Source: a virus (Duplodnaviria; Caudoviricetes). Taken from it: DNA of 34,366 nt. Shown here piece after piece: positions 27,081-34,366 of the stretch (its first letter is position 1; each line of letters opens with the position of its first letter). A model generated the notes under the pieces. The model did not search any database and was not told the origin of the DNA. It worked only from the letters and a program-made list of their open reading frames with translations. The position numbers were made by a program, and so were the translations under genes. Location: positions 1 to 34,366 of IMG/VR virus record IMGVR_UViG_3300044698_000197, one strand, 5' to 3'.

Positions 27081-27296
27081 TTAAGTGTCCATTAACCCAA
27101 GTTCCTGCAGTGCCGCCTGTATTTCCGCAACTGCGGTATTACAAACAGTAGTCGTAGCTCCCGCCGTTACAGCTGCTGCTGGCGCGGCCGGTTGGTCACA
27201 AGGAGTGGTCCCATAAAACGCCAACTTTGAAGTCGATGCTGAGCCAATAATGGCCCCGTCATCCTTTTCACGCAGAGGGTATTGATAATCTGCCAT
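27081..27296 (-). CDS. Small head-associated (decoration-like) protein
   Basis: Directly after the coat gene; G..IG....KLAFYG.TP...L..LGL pattern. Confidence 0.7.
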   Translation of the reverse strand: MADYQYPLREKDDGAIIGSASTSKLAFYGTTPCDQPAAPAAAVTAGATTTVCNTAVAEIQAALQELGLMDT

Positions 27297-27327
27297 AATG
27301 ACCTTTCGTTGATTTTTGAGTAACTAA

Positions 27328-27345
27328 GAGGGGCCGAAACCCCTC
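27328..27345 (-). terminator. Hairpin after the coat gene (weak terminator or stabiliser)
   Basis: GAGGGGU-UUCG-GCCCCUC with only a short U tail. Confidence 0.5.
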
Positions 27346-27357
27346 ATTTACAACAGG

Positions 27358-28593
27358 TCAGCTGATGACTCGTGATGCCCAACCGAGCTGCATCGGACGA
27401 ATGCCGAAGTAAGCGTCAAGCCGGTTGATCAAGCTCCGGGTATTGATGTCAAACCCCCTGACATAGGCAATTGACACCCCGTTTTTCGTGTACGTCTTCG
27501 CAACCTCCATTCCCTTCGGCTGGTAAAGCTCTGCGAAACAGAGAGCAAAAGCCTTTTTGTGCAGTATCAGGTCATTCTGCACAACCTGTCCGCTGGTGGT
27601 CTGGTGAAATGTTACCGTTGAAGCTACCGGGGTTCCGCTTACCGTCTGGTTCGGGCCGCTGATAACGATATCAGGTTTTACCGATACGGTTACATTGGTA
27701 CCCGAAGCCGTGGTGTCGGAAACAACGGTAAACCGCTGACCGCTGCTGTAATTTGCTTTGGTTTCAAAATTAACCGGATAGCAGGCGCTCAGATAAAACG
27801 AATCACCGGCCTTAAGGGTGCCGCCACTGGTAACACCGCTGATTGTCAACGTGCTCGCCGTAGTGCCGGACGGTGCGGTGTATCCGGAAACAGTCGGTGA
27901 AGTTCCGGTTGTGCAGGTGCCGTGCGTGTGTGCCGGAAGATTCTGGCTGCAATACCAGTCCATTCCTGCAGCTTTTGACATCTGACCTTTTTCGTTCATT
28001 TCAGAAATGATTCCGCGGGGGTTATACTGCCCGGCCATTGCGTTGACCATCGAGTCCTCACTGCGAGGACTGAGAATACAACTGATCGGATCGCCTTCAG
28101 GAGCCAGAGATTCTCTGATCATGCGACGCCCGGCAGAATAAAACGACATGCTGTTCGGAGCGGTCCCGAGCGTAGTGACCGGCGAAACCTGGTAGATCTG
28201 GTTTTTCATGTACGACGCGCAGAATGCGTCGATCGTTGCCGAAAGCTGCGAAACTTTAGGTTCAATAAACTGTTTACTGAACTCTGCAGCCTCATCGAGA
28301 CTGAGCGCCCTTTCCGCTTCTGTAAACTCGAAATCGATGCCGCGAATGGTATCGATTGCAACCGGAGCGGTGGTCTGCCCGTCGTCGGCAACGTTGATAT
28401 TCCACGTTGACCGAACGGTACCGAGAGACGGTTTCGGAACATAAATTTCAGTCCCGCCTTTTTTTACCTCTCCCATCGGCTTGAAATACTTGCTATAACT
28501 CGTATCGCAGGCTTTTATCACCTGACAATTCGAGAACAGCCCCATCATTACTTCCCTCACTACGAGGGTTGAAATAGGTATAGTATTAGACAT
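27358..28593 (-). CDS. Major capsid protein (P22 coat protein family)
   Basis: Follows the scaffold; FTEAERALSLD, SQNLPAHT, HKKAFAL, RLDAYFG. Confidence 0.9.
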   Translation of the reverse strand: MSNTIPISTLVVREVMMGLFSNCQVIKACDTSYSKYFKPMGEVKKGGTEIYVPKPSLGTVRSTWNINVADDGQTTAPVAIDTIRGIDFEFTEAERALSLDEAAEFSKQFIEPKVSQLSATIDAFCASYMKNQIYQVSPVTTLGTAPNSMSFYSAGRRMIRESLAPEGDPISCILSPRSEDSMVNAMAGQYNPRGIISEMNEKGQMSKAAGMDWYCSQNLPAHTHGTCTTGTSPTVSGYTAPSGTTASTLTISGVTSGGTLKAGDSFYLSACYPVNFETKANYSSGQRFTVVSDTTASGTNVTVSVKPDIVISGPNQTVSGTPVASTVTFHQTTSGQVVQNDLILHKKAFALCFAELYQPKGMEVAKTYTKNGVSIAYVRGFDINTRSLINRLDAYFGIRPMQLGWASRVIS

Positions 28594-28608
28594 TTAATAC
28601 CTTCCTTG

Positions 28609-29562
28609 TTAAAATTTACCGATTTTTGCTTTTGCTTTTCCCATTAACTTGAGGTAATCAGCGTCGTTCATTTTTTCAAAATCAAGACCTCCGCTCCCGC
28701 CTTTTCCACCTTTCGGCTTGCTTACTGGAGGTTTGGATCCACTCGGTTTTGCCTTCTGCCGAGCCTTTGCCGCCTGCAGCTTGAATGATATCTCTGCAAG
28801 TTTCCTTGCTTGAGAATACCCTTTCATGCTGAAAACCTCTTCAGCAATTGAATGATGCTTCGGATTTCCGAGAAAACAGAACAGGTCAGTATTATTGTCG
28901 TCATGGGAAAGAGCCTCGTGTAGCTCAGGGGTCATTTTGAACGACCCGAGGGTACGGACGGCGGTATCATAATCACCGTAAAATGACTTCTCAGAAGCCA
29001 TTTTCGAAAAATACCGCTGTTGTTCCTTCTGAACTCTCTGAGTTCCCCGGCCTTCATGTTCAGATTTAACAGTCTCGCACTGAGCCTCCCATTTTCCGAC
29101 GTCCTGGTAATACTTGGCCTGTGCCCGCTCGAAGTCACCTTTGATTCTTTTGTCAAATGTGTACTTATTCGGGTCAGGAGCAGGAGGAAGCTCTGGGGGT
29201 TTGCTTTCAATTTGCGCTTCGAGTTCTTCAAGTTTTTGACGAAGCTCTCGATTTTCTTGTGTCTTATAATCAATGCGCTCCTGAAACCTGTTTTTTTTCG
29301 GCTTCGGCTGCTGATCTTGTTTTTGGGTTTTGTCGTCTTCGTCAATAACCTCATCGGTTACATCTGAATCGTCAAGATCGTCGTCGTTACCGTCTGTTTC
29401 GCCATCCTGCTCACCACTCTCGGCAGGTTTTTTCTCCTTGTCTTCGCTCTCGCCTGTTTTTCCCTCGATGGTTTCATCAATTGACGCGTCAGCATCATCA
29501 CTGCCGCCGTCGTTCGTCGAGATAAAACCGTTGATTGCTTCGTCAAGTAATTCTGTACTCAT
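28609..29562 (-). CDS. Scaffolding protein
   Basis: Acidic N-terminus, FQERID coiled coil, basic C-terminus; lies between portal and coat. Confidence 0.8.
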   Translation of the reverse strand: MSTELLDEAINGFISTNDGGSDDADASIDETIEGKTGESEDKEKKPAESGEQDGETDGNDDDLDDSDVTDEVIDEDDKTQKQDQQPKPKKNRFQERIDYKTQENRELRQKLEELEAQIESKPPELPPAPDPNKYTFDKRIKGDFERAQAKYYQDVGKWEAQCETVKSEHEGRGTQRVQKEQQRYFSKMASEKSFYGDYDTAVRTLGSFKMTPELHEALSHDDNNTDLFCFLGNPKHHSIAEEVFSMKGYSQARKLAEISFKLQAAKARQKAKPSGSKPPVSKPKGGKGGSGGLDFEKMNDADYLKLMGKAKAKIGKF

Positions 29563-29594
29563 TTCGTCCTCCTAAGAGTCGTATTTTTCACGGG

Positions 29595-31673
29595 TTAAAA
29601 TTGTCGGCTGCCGCCCGGTCCCGCTCCCGGTGGCATCGAAGGGTTAAAACGTTGACGGATCACCTCTTTTTGGATCTCCGCTCCGGATTTAATTTTTTCT
29701 TTTGTAATGTCGGCTTGTGCCTCAATCTGAGTTTCTTCAATACTGAACTTTCCCACAGCCTGCTTGAGCTTTTTATTCTCTTCGGCCATTCCCTGAAGCA
29801 TCTTTCCGGCCTGTTGAAGCTGTTGCTGTACCATTTGAAGTTGAATCTGCTCAGGTGATGCTCCTTTTTGCATCATTTCAACTTTCATCAGTAGCTGAGG
29901 GTCAAGAGCAGCCCGCAACCTCATAGCCAGTTCGTCAGATTTTTCAAAATCGAGATTTCCTACAATCATATCAGCTCCAAGCTCCCCTGCCTTTGGTATC
30001 ACCCTTGCAAACTCAAGAAGGTTTTCTGCCGCATCCATGCGGCGCGTTGTGCTGCTTGCGCCAATGTCAATTTTAATATCATATTCGCCGACCGTTAAAT
30101 CAAAAAGCTTTGTCTCTCCGTGCTTGTCGATGAAGCTTTGATTGATTTTGATTACCTCATCAGCCATATCATCACCGAGGATTCGGACGGTACGGGCGGT
30201 ATCGTAAATGTGAGGAATAAGGTCAATAATTACCACACCACCACGATACATAGCAGAGTTGAACGCCATTGTATAATGAAATGTTGATATATCACCTTGC
30301 TGTTGACGTGCAAGAATGGCCCTTGCTGCAACTTCGTTTCCCTGCTGCCCGAGGCTCGCGTCGAAAATACCGACACACGCCTTTATTTCGTCGCTTGCCT
30401 GGGTAATATTAGCGTAATATCCCTGTGAAGGCATCGGAGGGGCCACACGCTGCGGAGGAGGGGCCATTACTCCATTATTAACCACAGGATTGTATTCAAG
30501 GCGAGCGGTTGCCACAAGGTTTGCTTCATCATAATCACGCTCGAAACCTTTAAAAGATCCCTTTGCCCCCATCCATGTCGATTTGGGCGCCTGCTGCATG
30601 AGTTCGGCGTCTTGACTTTTGTAAAAATTATATATACGTTGAGGGTCAAGTGCGTCCTTGATAATGGCTTTAAGAAACTTTTCACCAGTTTTAAGGGTGT
30701 GTTCTCTGGCGTATGCTCCGATAATAGGAACGTATTTTCCCGGCCAGTCATCAACAGAAAGTTGATCGTCGCCACTGAATAGATAACGCTTTACAGTAGG
30801 AAGTTTTGTTGTGCGCTGTTTAATTATCTCATAAGTACCTTCAGGTATTTCGTCGAGTTCAGACTGTGTGACAGTGCGAAACTGTGTGTTTTGTTGTTGT
30901 GGTGTTATGGTTTCTTGAATGGCAACATCGATATTATTCTCTTCAGGTGAAGAAATTATTTCGGGAATCATTTCAATCTGGTAAAGTTCCGTTTTCTCCC
31001 AGGTGCGTTCCCAATACTCAACCCGCATCACATCATCAACATGTGGCTTGTTAAGCTCGCTTGAAGCGTCCCAATCTCCTCCTGAAACTCCGTCATACTC
31101 ATCTTTAAAAATTTCCTTGTCAACAAAATCAATAACAATAGCGAAATCACCATCAGGATCAAGATAAACGCTAAATGGATCACCTATCTTTTTTATCAAG
31201 ATCTCCTGATCCATTGATTTTTCATTACAAAACTCAGTATCTATGCGAAAAAACCCAAATCCGCAAGACCCGAGATGAAAGAAAGTATTCGAAAACGCTT
31301 CTCCTGCGTCTGACTTCTCACTACCCTGGATATGTCGAAGTAAGCCGTTGACAACCTTACCTTTATCAACATCAGCATCTTCAAACGGAACCGCCTTGAT
31401 TCTGGCGCGTTCCATGCTGTTTTTATTTACAACTTGATTTACAAACGGAGATAGTCTGTTTATGGTAATGACCGGCCTGCCGGTTTTGATTCTGGTTTTA
31501 AGTTCAGCGTCGTCCCACTGGTCACCAGCAACCGCCTCCATGCACTCGCGGCCGATTTCGTGGGTCTTTGACAGTTTGGTAACCATGCGACTAAGGCGAG
31601 TTTTTGCACGGTCGATAATTTCGTTACCGGATGATTCTGTGCTTTCTTTTTCGTTATCCACGCCAACCGCCAA
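29595..31673 (-). CDS. Portal protein (P22-like)
   Basis: GDQW...RPVITINRL, WPGKYVPII, DPQRIYN, ARQQQG, IPHIYDTARTVRILG. Confidence 0.93.
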   Translation of the reverse strand: MAVGVDNEKESTESSGNEIIDRAKTRLSRMVTKLSKTHEIGRECMEAVAGDQWDDAELKTRIKTGRPVITINRLSPFVNQVVNKNSMERARIKAVPFEDADVDKGKVVNGLLRHIQGSEKSDAGEAFSNTFFHLGSCGFGFFRIDTEFCNEKSMDQEILIKKIGDPFSVYLDPDGDFAIVIDFVDKEIFKDEYDGVSGGDWDASSELNKPHVDDVMRVEYWERTWEKTELYQIEMIPEIISSPEENNIDVAIQETITPQQQNTQFRTVTQSELDEIPEGTYEIIKQRTTKLPTVKRYLFSGDDQLSVDDWPGKYVPIIGAYAREHTLKTGEKFLKAIIKDALDPQRIYNFYKSQDAELMQQAPKSTWMGAKGSFKGFERDYDEANLVATARLEYNPVVNNGVMAPPPQRVAPPMPSQGYYANITQASDEIKACVGIFDASLGQQGNEVAARAILARQQQGDISTFHYTMAFNSAMYRGGVVIIDLIPHIYDTARTVRILGDDMADEVIKINQSFIDKHGETKLFDLTVGEYDIKIDIGASSTTRRMDAAENLLEFARVIPKAGELGADMIVGNLDFEKSDELAMRLRAALDPQLLMKVEMMQKGASPEQIQLQMVQQQLQQAGKMLQGMAEENKKLKQAVGKFSIEETQIEAQADITKEKIKSGAEIQKEVIRQRFNPSMPPGAGPGGSRQF

Positions 31674-33114
31674 GCTTTACAGGTTGATAGTTTTTTGCCT
31701 TACTTTTAGTGTATTCAAGCTCACCCATACCAGCAAGCATAATTCTCATCATGTCGGATGGATCTTTGTATTTTTCGTCTTCCTTTTCGGTGCCTTCGAC
31801 ACATCTATGACACTCAAGGGATTGAATTATGTTTTTGCAGTGAGGCATAACATAAAAATCAGGAGAGTTGAATTCATTTACCGGCAATAAAACATTATAT
31901 TTCATCATGTCAATCAACACATTACGCTGTCGGTCAATTGCTGTTTCTGGGGGAAGCTCAAACATCAAACCGCCGTTCTCTGGTTTTGAAAACTCGTGAA
32001 CGATACCAACAGTTGAGGTGCTCCAGTTTTCCCCACCTGCTCCTTTTGCAAATCGAGTATCGAGAAACCGCTTTTCAATGCTTATACCATACTCTGCGGT
32101 GCCATCATAAAGGTAAATTTGTTTCGCCAAGTCTTTGTGTGACCCGTCAAAGTAAAGTTTTTTTCTCAATTCAGAATAATAATCACCCATCGAATTTACA
32201 GTCGGCCATTCATTGTAGAACACATAATAAAACTCATCACATCGGCTATTTTTCGGTATTTTCGCAAGCCATCCACAAAAAGGATAATATTTGCTATGTG
32301 GGTCCATTGCCATATAGCAATCACCCTGATCGCGTATTCTGTCCATGGTAATTGTATTGTACAACCAATGATCTTGAGTTATCACATGAACAGCGCGATT
32401 AAACGAGGTCCATATTTTTGCACCTACACCGATAGGCTTGTTAAGGTAGAAGTGTTCATACGTCATTAACGTAGGGTCACGCCTCTTGCAATCATCAATT
32501 TCATCTGCAAGTATTTTCGGAATGTCTTCAAGGTTATAGACATCATCGTAATTTATTTCTTTAATAATGCTGTTTTCAGGAGGGTTTTGAACGAAACGCT
32601 TGTCGGTTTCATCGTCCAGGTATTTTCTGTTGAAAGTGATAATAATTTCAGAGCTTTTTTTGCGGATAGTCGGGGTTAGATCGTCCCACGATTCCTTAGA
32701 AACGTTTTGAGCCTCTTCAATCCAACAGATATCAACATCGTCAAGTGATTTTATATTGTGAACGTTACGGAGTAGTCCGTCAAAAAAAATATGAGTACCG
32801 TTTTTTCCTTTGATCGCTGCCGACTCTATTTCATATAAATCACCAGCGCCAATTTTTTTAATCTGTGAGGCAATAAGATGATGAACAGATTCTTTAATTG
32901 ATTTTTGAGTTTCTCGGGCACACAAAACTCGAATAGGGCGCTGTACTCCTCGTATTGCAATGTACCTGGCCACCGATGTGCTCTTCCAGCTCCAACGGCC
33001 ACCATGTGCCACTTTATACCGTGCCGGTTGCCATAACCACTCAAACGATACCGGAAAATCAATATTGAGTTTCAACAGTAACCCCACAATTATAATGAGT
33101 AGTATTCTGTTCAT
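31654..33114 (-). CDS. terL: Terminase large subunit (PBSX-type ATPase) with aberrant Walker A
   Basis: RYKVAHGGR..., LCARETQKSIKESV, IKSL, WIEEAQ, LTPTIRK..SEI..TFN. Confidence 0.92.
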   Translation of the reverse strand: MNRILLIIIVGLLLKLNIDFPVSFEWLWQPARYKVAHGGRWSWKSTSVARYIAIRGVQRPIRVLCARETQKSIKESVHHLIASQIKKIGAGDLYEIESAAIKGKNGTHIFFDGLLRNVHNIKSLDDVDICWIEEAQNVSKESWDDLTPTIRKKSSEIIITFNRKYLDDETDKRFVQNPPENSIIKEINYDDVYNLEDIPKILADEIDDCKRRDPTLMTYEHFYLNKPIGVGAKIWTSFNRAVHVITQDHWLYNTITMDRIRDQGDCYMAMDPHSKYYPFCGWLAKIPKNSRCDEFYYVFYNEWPTVNSMGDYYSELRKKLYFDGSHKDLAKQIYLYDGTAEYGISIEKRFLDTRFAKGAGGENWSTSTVGIVHEFSKPENGGLMFELPPETAIDRQRNVLIDMMKYNVLLPVNEFNSPDFYVMPHCKNIIQSLECHRCVEGTEKEDEKYKDPSDMMRIMLAGMGELEYTKSKAKNYQPVKLGGWRG

Positions 33115-33485
33115 TCATCAGTGGCCTTGTTTGTGAAGTTAATTTCTATTCCGTCCGGGAAGTGGTTGGTCTGGTCTATTTCTTGAGTTTCCTTCCAACC
33201 AAAATTATTCTGAAGATCAAACTTCATTCCATTTACATTTTTTGTTTCTGCGTTTACAAGCAATTCATTGCGCTGAAGTTCAATTTTTAGTTTCGCGCGC
33301 AATATAGTGTGGGAATAACGCGGCATTCCTGAATAGTCATTTATACTAAATCTTGAGGCGAACCCTAAAAAATAAGCAAGTCCTGGAACAGTGTAAGGAG
33401 TACCTTTTTTATCACACTCTTTGAAGTACTCGTTAATTTTGAGTTCCATTTCTTGAGGTGACTTAAACTTAGCCGGTTTACTCAT
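33111..33485 (-). CDS. terS: Terminase small subunit (gp3-like DNA packaging protein)
   Basis: KFKSPQEM..KINEYF, TVPGLAYFLG, FDLQNNFGWK; ATGA overlap with terL. Confidence 0.85.
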   Translation of the reverse strand: MSKPAKFKSPQEMELKINEYFKECDKKGTPYTVPGLAYFLGFASRFSINDYSGMPRYSHTILRAKLKIELQRNELLVNAETKNVNGMKFDLQNNFGWKETQEIDQTNHFPDGIEINFTNKATDE

Positions 33486-33670
33486 TACTTACCTTTTTTC
33501 TTAGGCGTAATATTATCCAGCGAATTATCTACCGGCTGCATGAGTGCAACCAAGATATTAAGAGAATCTTCAATATTGTCGAGAGTCTTCTGACAGACGG
33601 TAGCCGAGCACTCGCTCGGATTACATTCGAGACGATACTGACAAGAGATTGAAGGTTTTATGCAGTTCAT
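33485..33670 (-). CDS. Small hypothetical protein, probably leaderless
   Basis: TAATG overlap with terS; -10 box 7 nt upstream of the ATG. Confidence 0.6.
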   Translation of the reverse strand: MNCIKPSISCQYRLECNPSECSATVCQKTLDNIEDSLNILVALMQPVDNSLDNITPKKKGK

Positions 33671-33677
33671 AACTAAG

Positions 33678-33705
33678 AATATAATCTTTTTCTAAATAAA
33701 AACAA
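33678..33705 (-). promoter_or_regulatory. Putative late promoter
   Basis: TTGTTT-N16-TATATT, the same hexamers as at 3256-3284. Confidence 0.5.
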
Positions 33706-33720
33706 TATTTTTCTGCAAAC

Positions 33721-33754
33721 ACACTTACCAGATGTTAATAAATTTGGTAAGTGT
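33721..33754. repeat. Perfect 10-bp inverted repeat (operator or hairpin)
   Basis: ACACTTACCA-N14-TGGTAAGTGT. Confidence 0.7.
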
Positions 33755-33775
33755 CAAAAATGACTATTTAACGTT

Positions 33776-34027
33776 AAGTGGCGATTCTGTTGAAATTTGA
33801 AGGGGAGCACTTTTTCCTATTTTCTGTATAAACCACTTAATAATAAAAAAAATATATTATTAGATAGTAATAACTATTAATTACCATTTCTACCTATTAT
33901 TTGTTGTTAGTGTATATTTATATTTAATAACTATTATTATTATTTATTATTATATTATTTTATAAAATAAAATTATCAAAATATAAGCAAAAGTGTACTC
34001 CTTCATATTATTGTTTAAACGCCACTT
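33776..34027. repeat. Tripartite inverted repeat around an AT-rich core (candidate origin)
   Basis: AAGTGGCG-N14-TGAAGG-N4-CACTTTT at 33776-33814, with its reverse complement at identical spacing at 33989-34027. Confidence 0.65.
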
Positions 34028-34315
34028 TTTTTATGATATGTAAATTTTGCTATCAAGTTGTGAGGTTATATTGTTATCTGAATATAGTTTCGTTTTGGTA
34101 ATATAAACCAACGTTGTTATTGTTGTTATTAATTTATTGTTTAAAAATCTATTTTAAACTTATAGATAAAAAGATATTTTTTTGGTAACGTTGATAATGT
34201 AGTTGTGGCCTATTGTTAATTGTGTTGTTGTGTTAGAAATTGTTTAAAAAAGTAATTGCTATTTATTAGTAATAAATATATTTTTATTAGAACGTTTCTC
34301 AACGAAAGGATTTTT

Positions 34316-34366
34316 ATGTCAAGTAAAGAATTAAAGTTTCGAATGAAGGCTTGCGGTCTTACTATG
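34316..34366 (+). CDS. Partial ORF, possibly an HTH regulator
   Basis: AAAGGA RBS; MSSKELKFRMKACGLTM runs off the edge. Confidence 0.5.
   Translation, partial: MSSKELKFRMKACGLTM

Noticed and set aside
33670-34315. CRISPR array or tRNA in the non-coding region
   Set aside because: No regularly spaced direct repeats and no cloverleaf; the region is extremely AT-rich.
1-34366. Genome-wide TGA reassignment (code 4 or 25)
   Set aside because: TGA is the real stop in many ATGA-coupled junctions (e.g. 4147, 5653, 11836, 16465); only one internal TGA was seen.

Overview
Most of the genome of a P22-like podovirus-type phage or prophage, cut at both window edges. The structural arm is on the minus strand (33670 to 10794): terS, terL, portal, scaffold, P22-type coat, small head protein, SAM methyltransferase, glycosyltransferase, head-tail adaptor, gp10-like hub, three ejection proteins, tail proteins, a lysis-position membrane cluster and a lipase-fold hydrolase. 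A second minus-strand arm (9418 to 1) carries ParB-like, HTH, primase-helicase, SF2 helicase, ASCH, VRR-NUC, PD-(D/E)xK nuclease and Gp3/RDF-like genes. A short plus-strand cassette lies at 9644-10790, and an AT-rich control region at 33670-34315. Main oddities: (1) a 1146-aa protein in the tail-fibre position has a Sec-type signal peptide and dense D-(S/T)-x O-glycosylation-like sequons, next to other signal-peptide genes, in a phage that also encodes a glycosyltransferase; (2) several apparent Gly GGN-to-TGN changes, including an in-frame TGA in an ejection gene and a GGRWSWKS terminase Walker A; (3) several structured intergenic RNA candidates, two with possible pseudoknots; (4) a lipase-fold enzyme, with no recognisable endolysin, in the lysis slot; (5) a spacing-conserved inverted repeat around an AT-rich core (candidate origin). 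All calls come from reading motifs by eye; no database searches were run.
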